Shown: positions 8,638 to 18,114, counted from the first letter of the whole stretch. The stretch: DNA of 63,834 nucleotides, filler included, from an uncultured Gemmatimonadota bacterium (GCA_964576115.1; 4 parts of 4 records of this genome joined end to end with filler, not necessarily neighbours in it), one strand, 5' to 3'. A program made the numbers and translations. The notes: generated by a model from the sequence alone, not told the origin.

Positions 8638-9957
8638 ATGACCATGAAACGGATGATTGACCAATCATTGATCGAGTGGAAGAATTCGCTCCACCGGAAA
8701 CCTCTTCTGATCAGAGGAGCGAGACAGGTTGGGAAAACCTGGTCGATCGAGACCTTCGGGCGCGAGCATTTCACCTACCCGGTCAAGATCGATTTCGAAA
8801 GAAACCGTGACTGGCACAAGGTCTTTGATGGAGATCTGGATGCCGGAAGAATCTGTACTGAACTCGAGGTGCTCACCGATCAATCGATCCTTCCCGGGGA
8901 ATCGCTCCTCTTTCTTGATGAGATTCAGAGCTGTCCGAGGGCGATCATGGCTCTTCGCTATTTCCATGAGGAATTGCCGGATCTTCATGTGATAGCGGCT
9001 GGTTCGCTGCTCGAGTTCGCGGTTGCCGACATGCCGTTTCCGGTCGGGCGTATTCAGATCCTCGACATGCATCCGATGATCTTTGCGGAATTCCTCCGGG
9101 CCACCGGTCGGGACATGTTGGCCGACATCGTGCTGGGGGAGCCGGCGGTTGTACCTGACTCCGTGCATCGTCTCCTCATGAGCGAATTGAAGAAATATTG
9201 CCTCATCGGAGGCATGCCCGAGGTTGTCGCCAGATACCTCGAAACGGAATCCATTCAGCAAGCTTCACGGGTTGTCGGTGACCTCTGTGAGACCTACAGG
9301 CTTGATTTTCCACGATATTCCAGACGGTCTGATCCCGATTGCATCGACACGGTGTTCCATGGCCTGGCGAGAAATCTCGGCCATCAGGTGAAATACTCAC
9401 GTCTGACCGACGCCTGGGCGCACACGACTGTCAAGCGGGCGGTGAATCTGCTCGATATGGCACGGATCATCAAGCGGGTTCCCTCGGCCTCACCGTCCGG
9501 GCTCCCCCTGGGAGCATCGATCTCTGATCGGAAGTTCAAAGCGATAATGGTGGACGTGGGTATCTGGCAGTATCTGAGCGGGATGAGGATCGATTCCGCT
9601 ATTGCAGAAGATGATCTGCTGGACATCCACCGTGGTGCAATGGCCGAGCAGTATGTCGGCCAGGAAATGATGGTATCACAGAGCTCGGATCTCTATTACT
9701 GGGCCAGAGAAGCCAGGGGAAGTTCGGCAGAGGTTGATTACCTGGCGGTGATACAGGATTCCATCTTCGGTGTTGAGGTCAAGAGTGGTCCCGCAGGACG
9801 ACTCCGCAGTATGCACCTGCTCCTGGAATCCTATCCGAATTGTGCCGGCGGTCTGGTTTTCTCCACGGCTCCCTATACGGAACTCCCTGAGAAGCGGCTG
9901 ACATTCATTCCACTCTATCATACCTATGCCGCGACGCGCTCTGTGCACCAGGCTTGA
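8638..9957 (+). CDS. AAA+ ATPase (AAA_14) with DUF4143 / PD-(D/E)xK-like C-terminus
   Basis: Walker A GARQVGKT, Walker B LFLDEIQ, GGMPE, C-terminal EVDY..GVEVKSG; GGGGAGG RBS. Confidence 0.92.
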   Translation: MTMKRMIDQSLIEWKNSLHRKPLLIRGARQVGKTWSIETFGREHFTYPVKIDFERNRDWHKVFDGDLDAGRICTELEVLTDQSILPGESLLFLDEIQSCPRAIMALRYFHEELPDLHVIAAGSLLEFAVADMPFPVGRIQILDMHPMIFAEFLRATGRDMLADIVLGEPAVVPDSVHRLLMSELKKYCLIGGMPEVVARYLETESIQQASRVVGDLCETYRLDFPRYSRRSDPDCIDTVFHGLARNLGHQVKYSRLTDAWAHTTVKRAVNLLDMARIIKRVPSASPSGLPLGASISDRKFKAIMVDVGIWQYLSGMRIDSAIAEDDLLDIHRGAMAEQYVGQEMMVSQSSDLYYWAREARGSSAEVDYLAVIQDSIFGVEVKSGPAGRLRSMHLLLESYPNCAGGLVFSTAPYTELPEKRLTFIPLYHTYAATRSVHQA

Positions 9958-9987
9958 CTGGGCGTTGTCCAATAAACAGACGCAATC

Positions 9988-10084
9988 CCGTGCGCCGGAT
10001 ATGTGCCAGACTATGTTTCGGTGGTTACCGGTCAGGTCCGGTCGGGAGGTAAGGTCACTGGTTCGAATCCAGTATCGCCCACCA
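9988..10084 (+). repeat. Junction J6: full 97-bp unit
   Basis: CCGTGCGCCGGATATGTGCCAGA...AGGTCACTGGTTCGAATCCAGTATCGCCCACCA (last 33 nt identical to J1). Confidence 0.92.
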
Positions 10085-10202
10085 GCAACTCTTTGTTACT
10101 CAGTGAATTACGATACCTCCACTTTTGAGGTGAATATTCTGTTGGGCATGTTGTCTAATTGATAGACATCAGCAATGCAGCAGGATTCTCCAGGAGGAAC
10201 GC

Positions 10203-11510
10203 ATGTTCACAAAGCGGGCAGCTCTTGTGTGTTCGGCGGCTCTGTTGGTTGTGTGTGCCGCATGTTCGACGGCCGTCGACATCAGCACCATGACGGACGA
10301 GGAATTCATGGCGTATGCGCAGAAAGTCCACGACAGAGCTATCACCCTCGATACGCATGTCGATATCCCCGGCGGCCGGTATGCAACACCGGAAATGGAC
10401 CCCGGCAGCGAGGACTTCAGAAACAAATGTTCGCTGCCGAAGATGGAGCAGGGTGGACTGGACGGGACCTTTCTTGCGGTCTATGTGGGGCAGCGGGGCG
10501 GGCTCGACGAAGAGGGGTACCGGAACGTCTACAATCAGGCGATGGAGAAATTCACGGCGATCCACCGGTTGACCGAAGAAATGCACCCCGACCGGTGTGA
10601 ACTTGCCGTTTCGCCGGACGACGTCGAACGCATCGTCAAGACCGGGAAACGGATCATCATGATCGGTATCGAGAACGGCTATCCCATCGGGGACGATATC
10701 GCCCGTCTGCAGGAATTCTACGACCTCGGCACACGGTATATCACCCTCTGCCACAGCTCGAACAATCAGATCTGCGATTCGTCCACAGACCGTGAACCGC
10801 TGTATGACGGGCTGAGCGAGTTCGGCCGACAGGTCGTTGCGGAAATGAACCGCCTCGGCATCATGATCGATATGTCACACGCTGCCGATGAAACGTTCTG
10901 GGACGTCATCGAGGCCTCAGAGGCGCCGATCATCCTGTCGCACTCCAACTGTGACGGCGTGTATGAGCAGGCACGGAATATCGATGACGACATGCTCAGA
11001 GCGCTGGCGGAGAACGGGGGGGTGATCCAGGCCGTCACCATGTACGTGGGGACCGACTCTCAGGAACGGCGTGATGCGATACAGGCGCTGCGGGATGAGC
11101 TCGGCATTGTCGGAAGGGGTGGAAGAGGCGGCAGACCGTTCGGAAGACAGCGGCCGGCAGCGCCGGAAATGACCGAGGAGCAGCGGGCTGAATATCAAAG
11201 GAATATGCAGATCTATAGCGAGCGGATGGCAGAGATCGACCAGCAGTACCCGCCGGTGAATGTGTCCAACTACGTCGATCACATCGATCATGCTGTACAG
11301 GTTGCCGGTATCGACCATGTGGGCATCGGCACCGATTTCGACGGCGGCGGCGGCGTGTCGGGATTCAACGACCACTCGGAATGCCTGAACGTTACCATCG
11401 AACTTCTCAGGCGGGGGTACACGGAAAAAGAAATCCAGAAGATATGGGGCGGTAATCTGCTCCGCGTCTGGAGAGAGGTCGAAAGAGTAGCGAGAGAACT
11501 GCAGAGATAG
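10203..11510 (+). CDS. Membrane dipeptidase (peptidase M19), probable lipoprotein
   Basis: AGGAGG RBS; motifs DTHVD, IENG, IDMSH, SHS, HVGIGTDFDG, GGNLLRV. Confidence 0.93.
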   Translation: MFTKRAALVCSAALLVVCAACSTAVDISTMTDEEFMAYAQKVHDRAITLDTHVDIPGGRYATPEMDPGSEDFRNKCSLPKMEQGGLDGTFLAVYVGQRGGLDEEGYRNVYNQAMEKFTAIHRLTEEMHPDRCELAVSPDDVERIVKTGKRIIMIGIENGYPIGDDIARLQEFYDLGTRYITLCHSSNNQICDSSTDREPLYDGLSEFGRQVVAEMNRLGIMIDMSHAADETFWDVIEASEAPIILSHSNCDGVYEQARNIDDDMLRALAENGGVIQAVTMYVGTDSQERRDAIQALRDELGIVGRGGRGGRPFGRQRPAAPEMTEEQRAEYQRNMQIYSERMAEIDQQYPPVNVSNYVDHIDHAVQVAGIDHVGIGTDFDGGGGVSGFNDHSECLNVTIELLRRGYTEKEIQKIWGGNLLRVWREVERVARELQR

Positions 11511-11518
11511 GGTGTGTT

Positions 11519-11540
11519 CTCCGTGCCGGATATGTGCCGG
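11519..11540 (+). repeat. Junction J7: arm motif only, distal end of the array
   Basis: CCGTGCCGGATATGTGCCGG between the convergent stop codons of the dipeptidase and M23 genes. Confidence 0.8.
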
Positions 11541-11552
11541 GCTCTATCCCCC

Positions 11553-12830
11553 TCAGTTACTGATGACGAAGATAAACTCGGAGAAGATGAAGGAGTTCCT
11601 GCCTCCGAAATACGGGGAGTCGAGAGCGCCGGCCAGGTTGAGATTGGAAAAAGTGATCGGCAGGCAGTTGGCGGACAGGTAGTCGGGTGAATCGAGCAGC
11701 TCCAGATGCAGGTGCGGCTCGGTCGATTGACCTGAATTGCCGACATAGCCGATGATGTCGCCCTGGCTCACCCGATCCCCCACCCGTACCGGAATCTCTT
11801 CGCGCAAATGTACGTACCGGGCGTATTCCCCGTTTCCATGGTCGATGAATACATAATTGGCCCCGGGCATATCCGTCGGACTCACGCCCTGCTGCCCCAG
11901 GATTTCCCGCAGGCGCTCATTGCGCTGGGGGAACGGTACTCGCGGATTGGCGGCGATCTCGTCGGGATACCGGTTCTCGATCCCGATCACGGTCCCCGGA
12001 GCCATCGCCCGGACCGGTCGGTTGTATATGTAATAGTCGGCGGCGTTTTCAGAGCCCATGATGACCATCGGACTCCGCACCCGGGACGTCGAGAAAGTAC
12101 CATCGGGGAATCGCCGGAGGTCGAGAATGTCGATGGCAAACTCCTGAGAGTTCCCGAACCGGTGGCCGGGGCCGATCGGCAGGCTCCCGGCGGTAGCCGT
12201 CCCGGCCAGGGGAAAGTGGTAGTCGTTTCGACACTCATACGCTTCGAAGGGCAGTACAACCGACCCGGTCACGGTCCGCCCGCGTTCATCACGAGCTTTG
12301 ATGATGACCTCGAACTCCTCTATGACCGCCGTACCCTGGTAGAGGAAATACATCAGGGCATCGAGTCCGAGTCGGGCATATGATGAGGCCGGCAGTTGGT
12401 GTCCCTCATAGTATTCGGGCCGGGTGATAACCGGCTCGCCGTAGATGCGGCGCAGGCGATAGGCTGCCTCGGGATCATCGGGATCGGCCAGGTATCCGTT
12501 GAGTGACTCGTTCTGTTCCGGCATGAGGCTGCTGATCTGGTCGGAACCGACCTGAACCAGGGCGACGTCGCGCCCCTGTGACCGGGCGACAAGACGCGCA
12601 CCGGTTACCGTAAGAGTGCCTCTGTCCTGGTTCCGGATCAGCAATTCGGGGGGCTTGAGGTGCAGGCAGTGGTACTCGCCCTGATCCCAGGCCAGGGGGA
12701 TGACCCGCTCATTTCGGACCAGCATCTCCACTATCAGTCGATCTGTGTCTTCCCTGGTGCCGGCAGCACCTATCATTACCAGACAGGCTGTGAGACCGAG
12801 AAATGCGATTGCCAATGATATCTTTTTCAC
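11553..12830 (-). CDS. Secreted M23 family metallopeptidase
   Basis: AAGGAG RBS before GTG 12830; signal peptide; NYVFIDHGNG, YVHL, GNSGQSTEPHLH. Confidence 0.88.
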   Translation of the reverse strand: MKKISLAIAFLGLTACLVMIGAAGTREDTDRLIVEMLVRNERVIPLAWDQGEYHCLHLKPPELLIRNQDRGTLTVTGARLVARSQGRDVALVQVGSDQISSLMPEQNESLNGYLADPDDPEAAYRLRRIYGEPVITRPEYYEGHQLPASSYARLGLDALMYFLYQGTAVIEEFEVIIKARDERGRTVTGSVVLPFEAYECRNDYHFPLAGTATAGSLPIGPGHRFGNSQEFAIDILDLRRFPDGTFSTSRVRSPMVIMGSENAADYYIYNRPVRAMAPGTVIGIENRYPDEIAANPRVPFPQRNERLREILGQQGVSPTDMPGANYVFIDHGNGEYARYVHLREEIPVRVGDRVSQGDIIGYVGNSGQSTEPHLHLELLDSPDYLSANCLPITFSNLNLAGALDSPYFGGRNSFIFSEFIFVISN

Positions 12831-12909
12831 CGGGGTACTCCTTTTCACGAAACCAACCACGAGACCGGGTGCGTCTCATAGCAGAATGGGGAAGCAGGAA
12901 AAGTCCCAC

Positions 12910-12954
12910 AATTCCCCGAAAGTGGCAGAGGTGAGAAATTCCACTACAGTGGAA
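12910..12954. promoter_or_regulatory. Putative LuxR/NarL-type operator pair
   Basis: AATTCCCCGAAAGTGG and AATTCCACTACAGTGGAA; the second is a perfect 7-2-7 palindrome (TTCCACT-AC-AGTGGAA) between divergent M23 and LuxR genes. Confidence 0.5.
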
Positions 12955-13007
12955 GCCCGGTGCCGACCTGGATTATCCTGTGCGGACCAGGGGAGTGAAG
13001 GAAAGCC

Positions 13008-13952
13008 ATGATCCCTTTTGCAACAGCCCTGATAATCGATCTGGCGATCAGCATCTTTCTGATCACAGACGTCATCAGACAGTTGCGTCGACATGGGTCG
13101 GCAACGCTCCTCTCCTTCCTCTTCTACCTGATCGGCTGGAACATCCTGGTCCTGTACCTGCTCGTTTTCCTCGCAACCCCGCAGATCATGCCGGAGAGCG
13201 CCTGGCACGGGTACCTGCTGTTCAACAGCATCTTCATCATCCCGCTGAATGCGCTGATCGCATATTTCTTCAGTGATTTCATTTGCGGCTGGCTGGAGCA
13301 ACCTATGCCGCGCTGGCTCCGATGGAGCCTGCCGGCATCCTTCGGGGTCATTCTGATCATTCACGCCCGGGCGATGATCGGGCGACTCGCGACCGAGCAG
13401 ACCTCGCCCGATTTCTTCCTCTCGGCGCCCGTTTCCATGCATCTGATGTTCGCCTGTCTCCTGCTTGCTCTGCTCTATGCCTTTATCACGGGACCGAATC
13501 TGCAGGATCAGGCCCGAGGCAGGCCGGTGCGCCGTTATGTCCTGGTGACCGGTGGAAGTCTGGCGGTCGGAGTGCTCGCGGTGGTCGGAGCCGGGGCGTT
13601 CCTGGGCTCAAGGTGGCAGAACGAGATCACCTCGATCATCCTGGCCGGGGTGAACATCGGGGGCTGGATTATCGCCCGGAATTTCTTCGCCCGCGAAGCC
13701 CGGGCGGTAGCGGTGGAGCTGGCCGAGGCCGATCTTTCACTGCTGACCGAACGTTTCTCGGTCACTCCGCGCGAGCGCGAGGTCATTGCCCTGGTCATTA
13801 CCGGCAGGAGCAATCGGGAGATCACCGAGGAGCTCTTCATCTCGCCTGATACGGTGAAAAAGCACCTCTACAACGCCTATCGGAAGCTCGGCGTGAGTAA
13901 CCGCGTGCAACTGGTCAACGTGGTGATCGGGCTCAACCGCGAGAGCGGATAG
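13008..13952 (+). CDS. Membrane-anchored LuxR-family transcriptional regulator (about 7 TM + HTH)
   Basis: Multiple TM helices; C-terminal TPREREVIALVITGRSNREITEELFISPDTVKKH. Confidence 0.9.
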   Translation: MIPFATALIIDLAISIFLITDVIRQLRRHGSATLLSFLFYLIGWNILVLYLLVFLATPQIMPESAWHGYLLFNSIFIIPLNALIAYFFSDFICGWLEQPMPRWLRWSLPASFGVILIIHARAMIGRLATEQTSPDFFLSAPVSMHLMFACLLLALLYAFITGPNLQDQARGRPVRRYVLVTGGSLAVGVLAVVGAGAFLGSRWQNEITSIILAGVNIGGWIIARNFFAREARAVAVELAEADLSLLTERFSVTPREREVIALVITGRSNREITEELFISPDTVKKHLYNAYRKLGVSNRVQLVNVVIGLNRESG

Positions 13953-14258
13953 AGAGCCACTCCGGTCCTGGCCGGCACAAAAAGAACACGGTGACTCTCG
14001 TGGCAATCGGGCGGTTACGTCGTTCAACCGGTTCCTTGAAAATTCAACCGTGTCCATCGAATATTCAATGTTACTATTTGGAACCCATGTTCGACTTTAC
14101 ATGTTTTTGAAGGCTTAATCAGGTTCTCACAGACATTCCCTGGCCCGCGGGCGGTATCCCGGCTTGCACCGGGTGTTCAGCCGGATTAGGCTCATCCGAT
14201 TATCGAGCCGGGTGAGGATTGAGAGCACCGATCGATCTCCCGCATCAGGGGAGGAAAC

Positions 14259-15446
14259 GTGTTCTGGAACGTGATACAGGCGGCGGTTTTCGTCCTCGCT
14301 CCGGCTCTGATGCTGGCCGGAGAAAACCGCTTCCGGTTCATTCGTCGCATCTCGGCGGTCGTTCTCTGCTACGTGCTCGGCATCCTGCTGGGCAACCTGC
14401 CGATCATTCCCCTCGCCCCCGAACTGACCACGACCACGACCCAGCTGGCGGTGGTGCTGGCCGTACCCCTGCTGCTCTTCTCGATGGATATCCCCCGGTG
14501 GATGCGCCTGGCCCGCCGGACGATCCTCTCTTTCGGACTGGGAGTCGTGGCGGTGCTGGCCGTTTCGACCATCGCCGGCCTGATCTTCGCCGGTCGGGTC
14601 GACGCGCCCTGGCAGGTCTCGGGGATGCTGGTCGGGGTCTACACCGGCGGCACGCCGAACATGAGCGCCATCGCCATCGGTCTGGGTGTGCCGGCCGACA
14701 CCTTCGTACTCCTGAATGCCATCGATCTGAGCATGGGCAGTCTCTACCTGCTCTTCCTGGTCACCATCGGCCGGCGGGTTCTGCTGCGCTTCCTGCCGCC
14801 CTTCAGAGCCGGCAACAGTGCCGCGGAGAAGTCCGCCCCCGTACCGGCTGTCGAAGAACCGCCGCAGACCGCGACCGTACCCGAAGGCGGCGCGATCTCA
14901 TTCAGCGGGCTGAGAGCGGGGGATGTCGTTCGCGGTCTCGGGAGTACACTGGCCGTGGCCGGAGTGGCGATCGGTTTTTCCTTTCTGCTCACTGGCGGTC
15001 TCTCGGCTCCCCTGGTGATCGTCGCCATAACAACCTTCGGGATCGCGGGCTCCTTCACCGGACCCGCCCGGCGTCTGAAGGGCACCTACGAGATGGGGCA
15101 GTACCTGCTGCTGGTGTTCTGTGTGGCGATCGGCACCGAGGCTCATGTGATGACCCTGATCCGGTCGCTCGGAACCCTCTTTGCCTTTACCGCACTGGTC
15201 ATGTGGGGGTCGATCGTGCTTCACCTGGCCCTGGCCGCGCTGTTCCGCATCGACGCCGACACCGTCATCATCACATCGACCGCGGCGGTGATGTCGCCGG
15301 CCTTTGTCGGACCGGTCGCCAATGCCCTGGGTAACCGCGAGATCGTGGTCTCGGGTCTGACGACGGGGGTGGTCGGGTATGCCGTAGGTAACTACCTCGG
15401 CCTGGGTCTGGCCGGGGTGCTGCGGGCGGTGATGGGAGGCGGGTAG
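14259..15446 (+). CDS. DUF819 family integral membrane protein
   Basis: GGGGAGG RBS; about 10 TM helices; YTGGTPN motif; GYAVGNYLG C-terminus. Confidence 0.85.
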   Translation: MFWNVIQAAVFVLAPALMLAGENRFRFIRRISAVVLCYVLGILLGNLPIIPLAPELTTTTTQLAVVLAVPLLLFSMDIPRWMRLARRTILSFGLGVVAVLAVSTIAGLIFAGRVDAPWQVSGMLVGVYTGGTPNMSAIAIGLGVPADTFVLLNAIDLSMGSLYLLFLVTIGRRVLLRFLPPFRAGNSAAEKSAPVPAVEEPPQTATVPEGGAISFSGLRAGDVVRGLGSTLAVAGVAIGFSFLLTGGLSAPLVIVAITTFGIAGSFTGPARRLKGTYEMGQYLLLVFCVAIGTEAHVMTLIRSLGTLFAFTALVMWGSIVLHLALAALFRIDADTVIITSTAAVMSPAFVGPVANALGNREIVVSGLTTGVVGYAVGNYLGLGLAGVLRAVMGGG

Positions 15447-15521
15447 GGCCGGGTTATCAGTCTCGTCCCGTCAGACGGCGCCGGCCCGAACCTCACGATC
15501 GCCGGTGACTCAGACAGGCTC

Positions 15522-16961
15522 CTAACGAAAATGGCGGATGATCTTCTGACTCATTTCGCCGGCGATGATCCGGACAGCGTCATTGGTCAGCATGTCGGCC
15601 GATTTCGGTTCGCCGGTGGCATCGAGCAGGGGCCGCTTCGATTCGGGCAGATCGTAGATACTGCCCTGATAGCGGATCCACTTCGCCTCATCGGTGACGG
15701 TCCGGGTGACGTCGTCCCCCGAGATGATCCGTCCGTTCTCCACGTCGACGATCTGGTATGAGGCCGCGACCTCGACCGTCCGGCGGGCGGTGTACTCGCG
15801 GTAGAAGATCTCGGTCGGGACCTTGACCTCCTTGCCCGTCGAGTCGCGCACGGTTCTCTGAATGGTGTGAGAGCGTTCCTGGAATGTGGGGCTGGAGGTC
15901 TGTTCGGAGATCTGGGTCACCGCTCCGGTGATGAAATAATCGATGCCTTCGAGCTGACCGATCCGGGCGGCGGTCTCGGGATCGATCGCACCCGAAGCGG
16001 CCAGTTCGTGTTCGCGCAGGACCTCTTCGAGATGGGCCCGGGTGGCGAAAACGGCGAATTCCAGGTCGGCCTGAACGCAGGCGTTGGTGAGGTGTTCCGT
16101 CAGGGCCGAGGCATACTGGAAACCGTAGGATGAAGCATTGCGGAAGGGAAGGACGGCCACCCGGCTCACGGCGGCCTCATAAGCGGCGTTGCGGCGGGCC
16201 TCGGCGTCGCGGTACTCGGGCACGGTCTCCAGGGCCAGACCGTATTTTTCGTACGCCCCCCGGCTGTCACCGGCCGTTTCGAGCTGTACCGCCCAGCGGT
16301 AGTAGGACTCGGCGATGAAATTGCGGGTGGCGTTTTCCTCCACGGTGGCTTCGGCATAGCGCAAAGCCGGACGGTAATAGCTGGCGATGGCGCGCTCAAA
16401 ATACCCCTCGTCGCGGGCACTGTCGCCGAGGTGGATGTGGGCTTCCCAGAGCCGGGTTTTGGTGTTCTCGAAGTACCCGACCAGTTCGACCACCTTCAGG
16501 TACTCGGCGATGGCGCTCTCCCAGTCCCCCTCGGTGAAGAATCGCTCCCCTCGTCCGTAATGGTACTGCCGGCCGTTGGTGCGGGCCCGCTCACGCAGGG
16601 TGGGCACGTCGCCGACCGTGATCGAAACGCCGTGGCGGGTCAGCCGGGCCAGGAACCGTTCGGCGTTCTCGTATGTTCCGACCGCCTCGCTCCAGCGGTT
16701 CTCGGCCTCCTGCGAGGCAGCGGTGGACATCAGTTCTTCCCAGGCCGCCGGGGCGATACTGCTCAGGTGGGCTTTGGCATCCTCGTATTCGGGTTTGCGG
16801 TCCAGGGCCGCCAGATCCTCCTCGGCCGCCTGCAGGTACTGGCCCGAGCCCTCGAACCGGAGAGCCCGCTTGTAGGCGCGCTTGTGCGCGCAACCGGTTG
16901 TAAGCGCCGGCACGAGCAGCGCCGCGACCAGGATCGTTCGGAGAATTCGGGAACCTGTCAT
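15522..16961 (-). CDS. TPR-containing lipoprotein with C-terminal CsgG/TolB-N-like domain
   Basis: Lipobox TTGC; TPR-like helices; VAVLPF, LEEVLREHEL, IGQLEGIDYFITG, YQIVDVENG. Confidence 0.78.
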   Translation of the reverse strand: MTGSRILRTILVAALLVPALTTGCAHKRAYKRALRFEGSGQYLQAAEEDLAALDRKPEYEDAKAHLSSIAPAAWEELMSTAASQEAENRWSEAVGTYENAERFLARLTRHGVSITVGDVPTLRERARTNGRQYHYGRGERFFTEGDWESAIAEYLKVVELVGYFENTKTRLWEAHIHLGDSARDEGYFERAIASYYRPALRYAEATVEENATRNFIAESYYRWAVQLETAGDSRGAYEKYGLALETVPEYRDAEARRNAAYEAAVSRVAVLPFRNASSYGFQYASALTEHLTNACVQADLEFAVFATRAHLEEVLREHELAASGAIDPETAARIGQLEGIDYFITGAVTQISEQTSSPTFQERSHTIQRTVRDSTGKEVKVPTEIFYREYTARRTVEVAASYQIVDVENGRIISGDDVTRTVTDEAKWIRYQGSIYDLPESKRPLLDATGEPKSADMLTNDAVRIIAGEMSQKIIRHFR

Positions 16962-17006
16962 GACTTCACCCTATCCACCACCGGACCGTGGTGTCAATAT
17001 GTGGAC

Positions 17007-17963
17007 ATGAGCGAAACGGAGAAGATCCGCCTCGGCATCAGCACCTGCCTGCTGGGCGAAAAGGTGCGCTATGACGGCGGCCACAAACTGGACCGGTGGC
17101 TGCGCGACGTGCTCGGTTCCTACGTCGAATACGTCCCGGTCTGTCCCGAGGCCGAGTGCGGTCTCGGTACCCCGCGCGAGGCCATGCGCCTGGTCGGCGA
17201 TCCGCAGCGCCCCCGTCTGGTCACGATCACAACCGGTATCGACCATACCGAGCGCATGGAGACCTACTCCCGTCGACGGGTCCGGGAACTGGAGGCCGAA
17301 AACCTCGACGGCTATGTCTTCAAATCGAAATCGCCTTCGAGCGGCATGGAGCGGGTCAAGGTTTATGACGCCAACAACGTCCCGGCCAAGGTCGGCCGGG
17401 GTGTCTTCGCCCGCATTTTCATGGAGCACTTCCCCCTGCTGCCCGTCGAGGACGAGGGCCGGCTGAACGATCCCCGCCTGCGCGAAAACTTCATCGAACG
17501 CCTTTTCGTCAGGAACCGCTGGCGGAACATGGAGCAGGCGGGTCTGAGCCGCAGCGCCCTGGTCGATTTCCATAGCGACCACAAGTTGCTGGTCATGGCC
17601 CACAACCAGGCTGCCATGCGACGGTTGGGTCGGATCACGGCCAACCTGAAGGGACGCCCGATCGGTGAGGCGGCCGGGGAGTATGAGACCGAACTGATGA
17701 CTGCCCTGGCGCGCCCGGCCACGGTGAAGAAAAACACCAACGTGCTGCAGCATATCATGGGTCATTTCAAGAACGATCTCGAAGCCGACGAAAAGCGGGA
17801 ACTGCTCGAAATCATCGAGCGCTACCACGCCGGCCTCTACCCGCTCATCGTACCGATCACGATGCTCAACCACTACGTGCGCCGGTTCGACACCGGCTAC
17901 CTGCGGCGGCAGCACTATCTCGATCCCCACCCGGTCGAGCTGCGGTTGCGCACCTGGCTCTGA
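17007..17963 (+). CDS. DUF523 + DUF1722 fusion (YbbK/YbgA; TudS-like Fe-S domain)
   Basis: GISTCLLGEKVRYDG, VCPE, KSPSSG, FHSDHK, HIMGHFK; true start at MSETEKI. Confidence 0.9.
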   Translation: MSETEKIRLGISTCLLGEKVRYDGGHKLDRWLRDVLGSYVEYVPVCPEAECGLGTPREAMRLVGDPQRPRLVTITTGIDHTERMETYSRRRVRELEAENLDGYVFKSKSPSSGMERVKVYDANNVPAKVGRGVFARIFMEHFPLLPVEDEGRLNDPRLRENFIERLFVRNRWRNMEQAGLSRSALVDFHSDHKLLVMAHNQAAMRRLGRITANLKGRPIGEAAGEYETELMTALARPATVKKNTNVLQHIMGHFKNDLEADEKRELLEIIERYHAGLYPLIVPITMLNHYVRRFDTGYLRRQHYLDPHPVELRLRTWL

Positions 17964-18030
17964 TGAGCCCTGCCGGCGGTTCCCTTTGCCGTTGACGGAG
18001 GCGATCTGAAAACGTTTCGTATACTGGCTC

Positions 18031-18107
<77 letters not shown>

Positions 18108-18114
18108 TTTCATC

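Noticed and set aside
699-10084. Functional tRNA-Val genes at the repeat sites
   Set aside because: All copies lack the 5' acceptor strand and D-arm, only J1 has the anticodon, and J4/J5 have mutated ends.
665-11540. CRISPR array or classical integron attC array
   Set aside because: Spacers are gene-sized and variable, there are no cas genes or intI, and the repeats are tRNA-derived without the RYYYAAC..GTTRRRY attC structure.
13953-14258. AT-richer intergenic stretch with short repeats (TTCAACCG x2) upstream of DUF819
   Set aside because: Probably promoter DNA, but no riboswitch or operator could be supported by eye.
16431-17006. N-terminal extension of the DUF523 ORF (similarly 57779-58402, 59728-60000, 42832-43005)
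   Set aside because: Overlaps real neighbouring genes; family homology starts at the downstream start codon.
17992-18025. sigma70 promoter for tRNA-Asp (TTGACG ... TATACT)
   Set aside because: The -10 is plausible but the spacing to TTGACG is 22 nt, too long to call as a pair.
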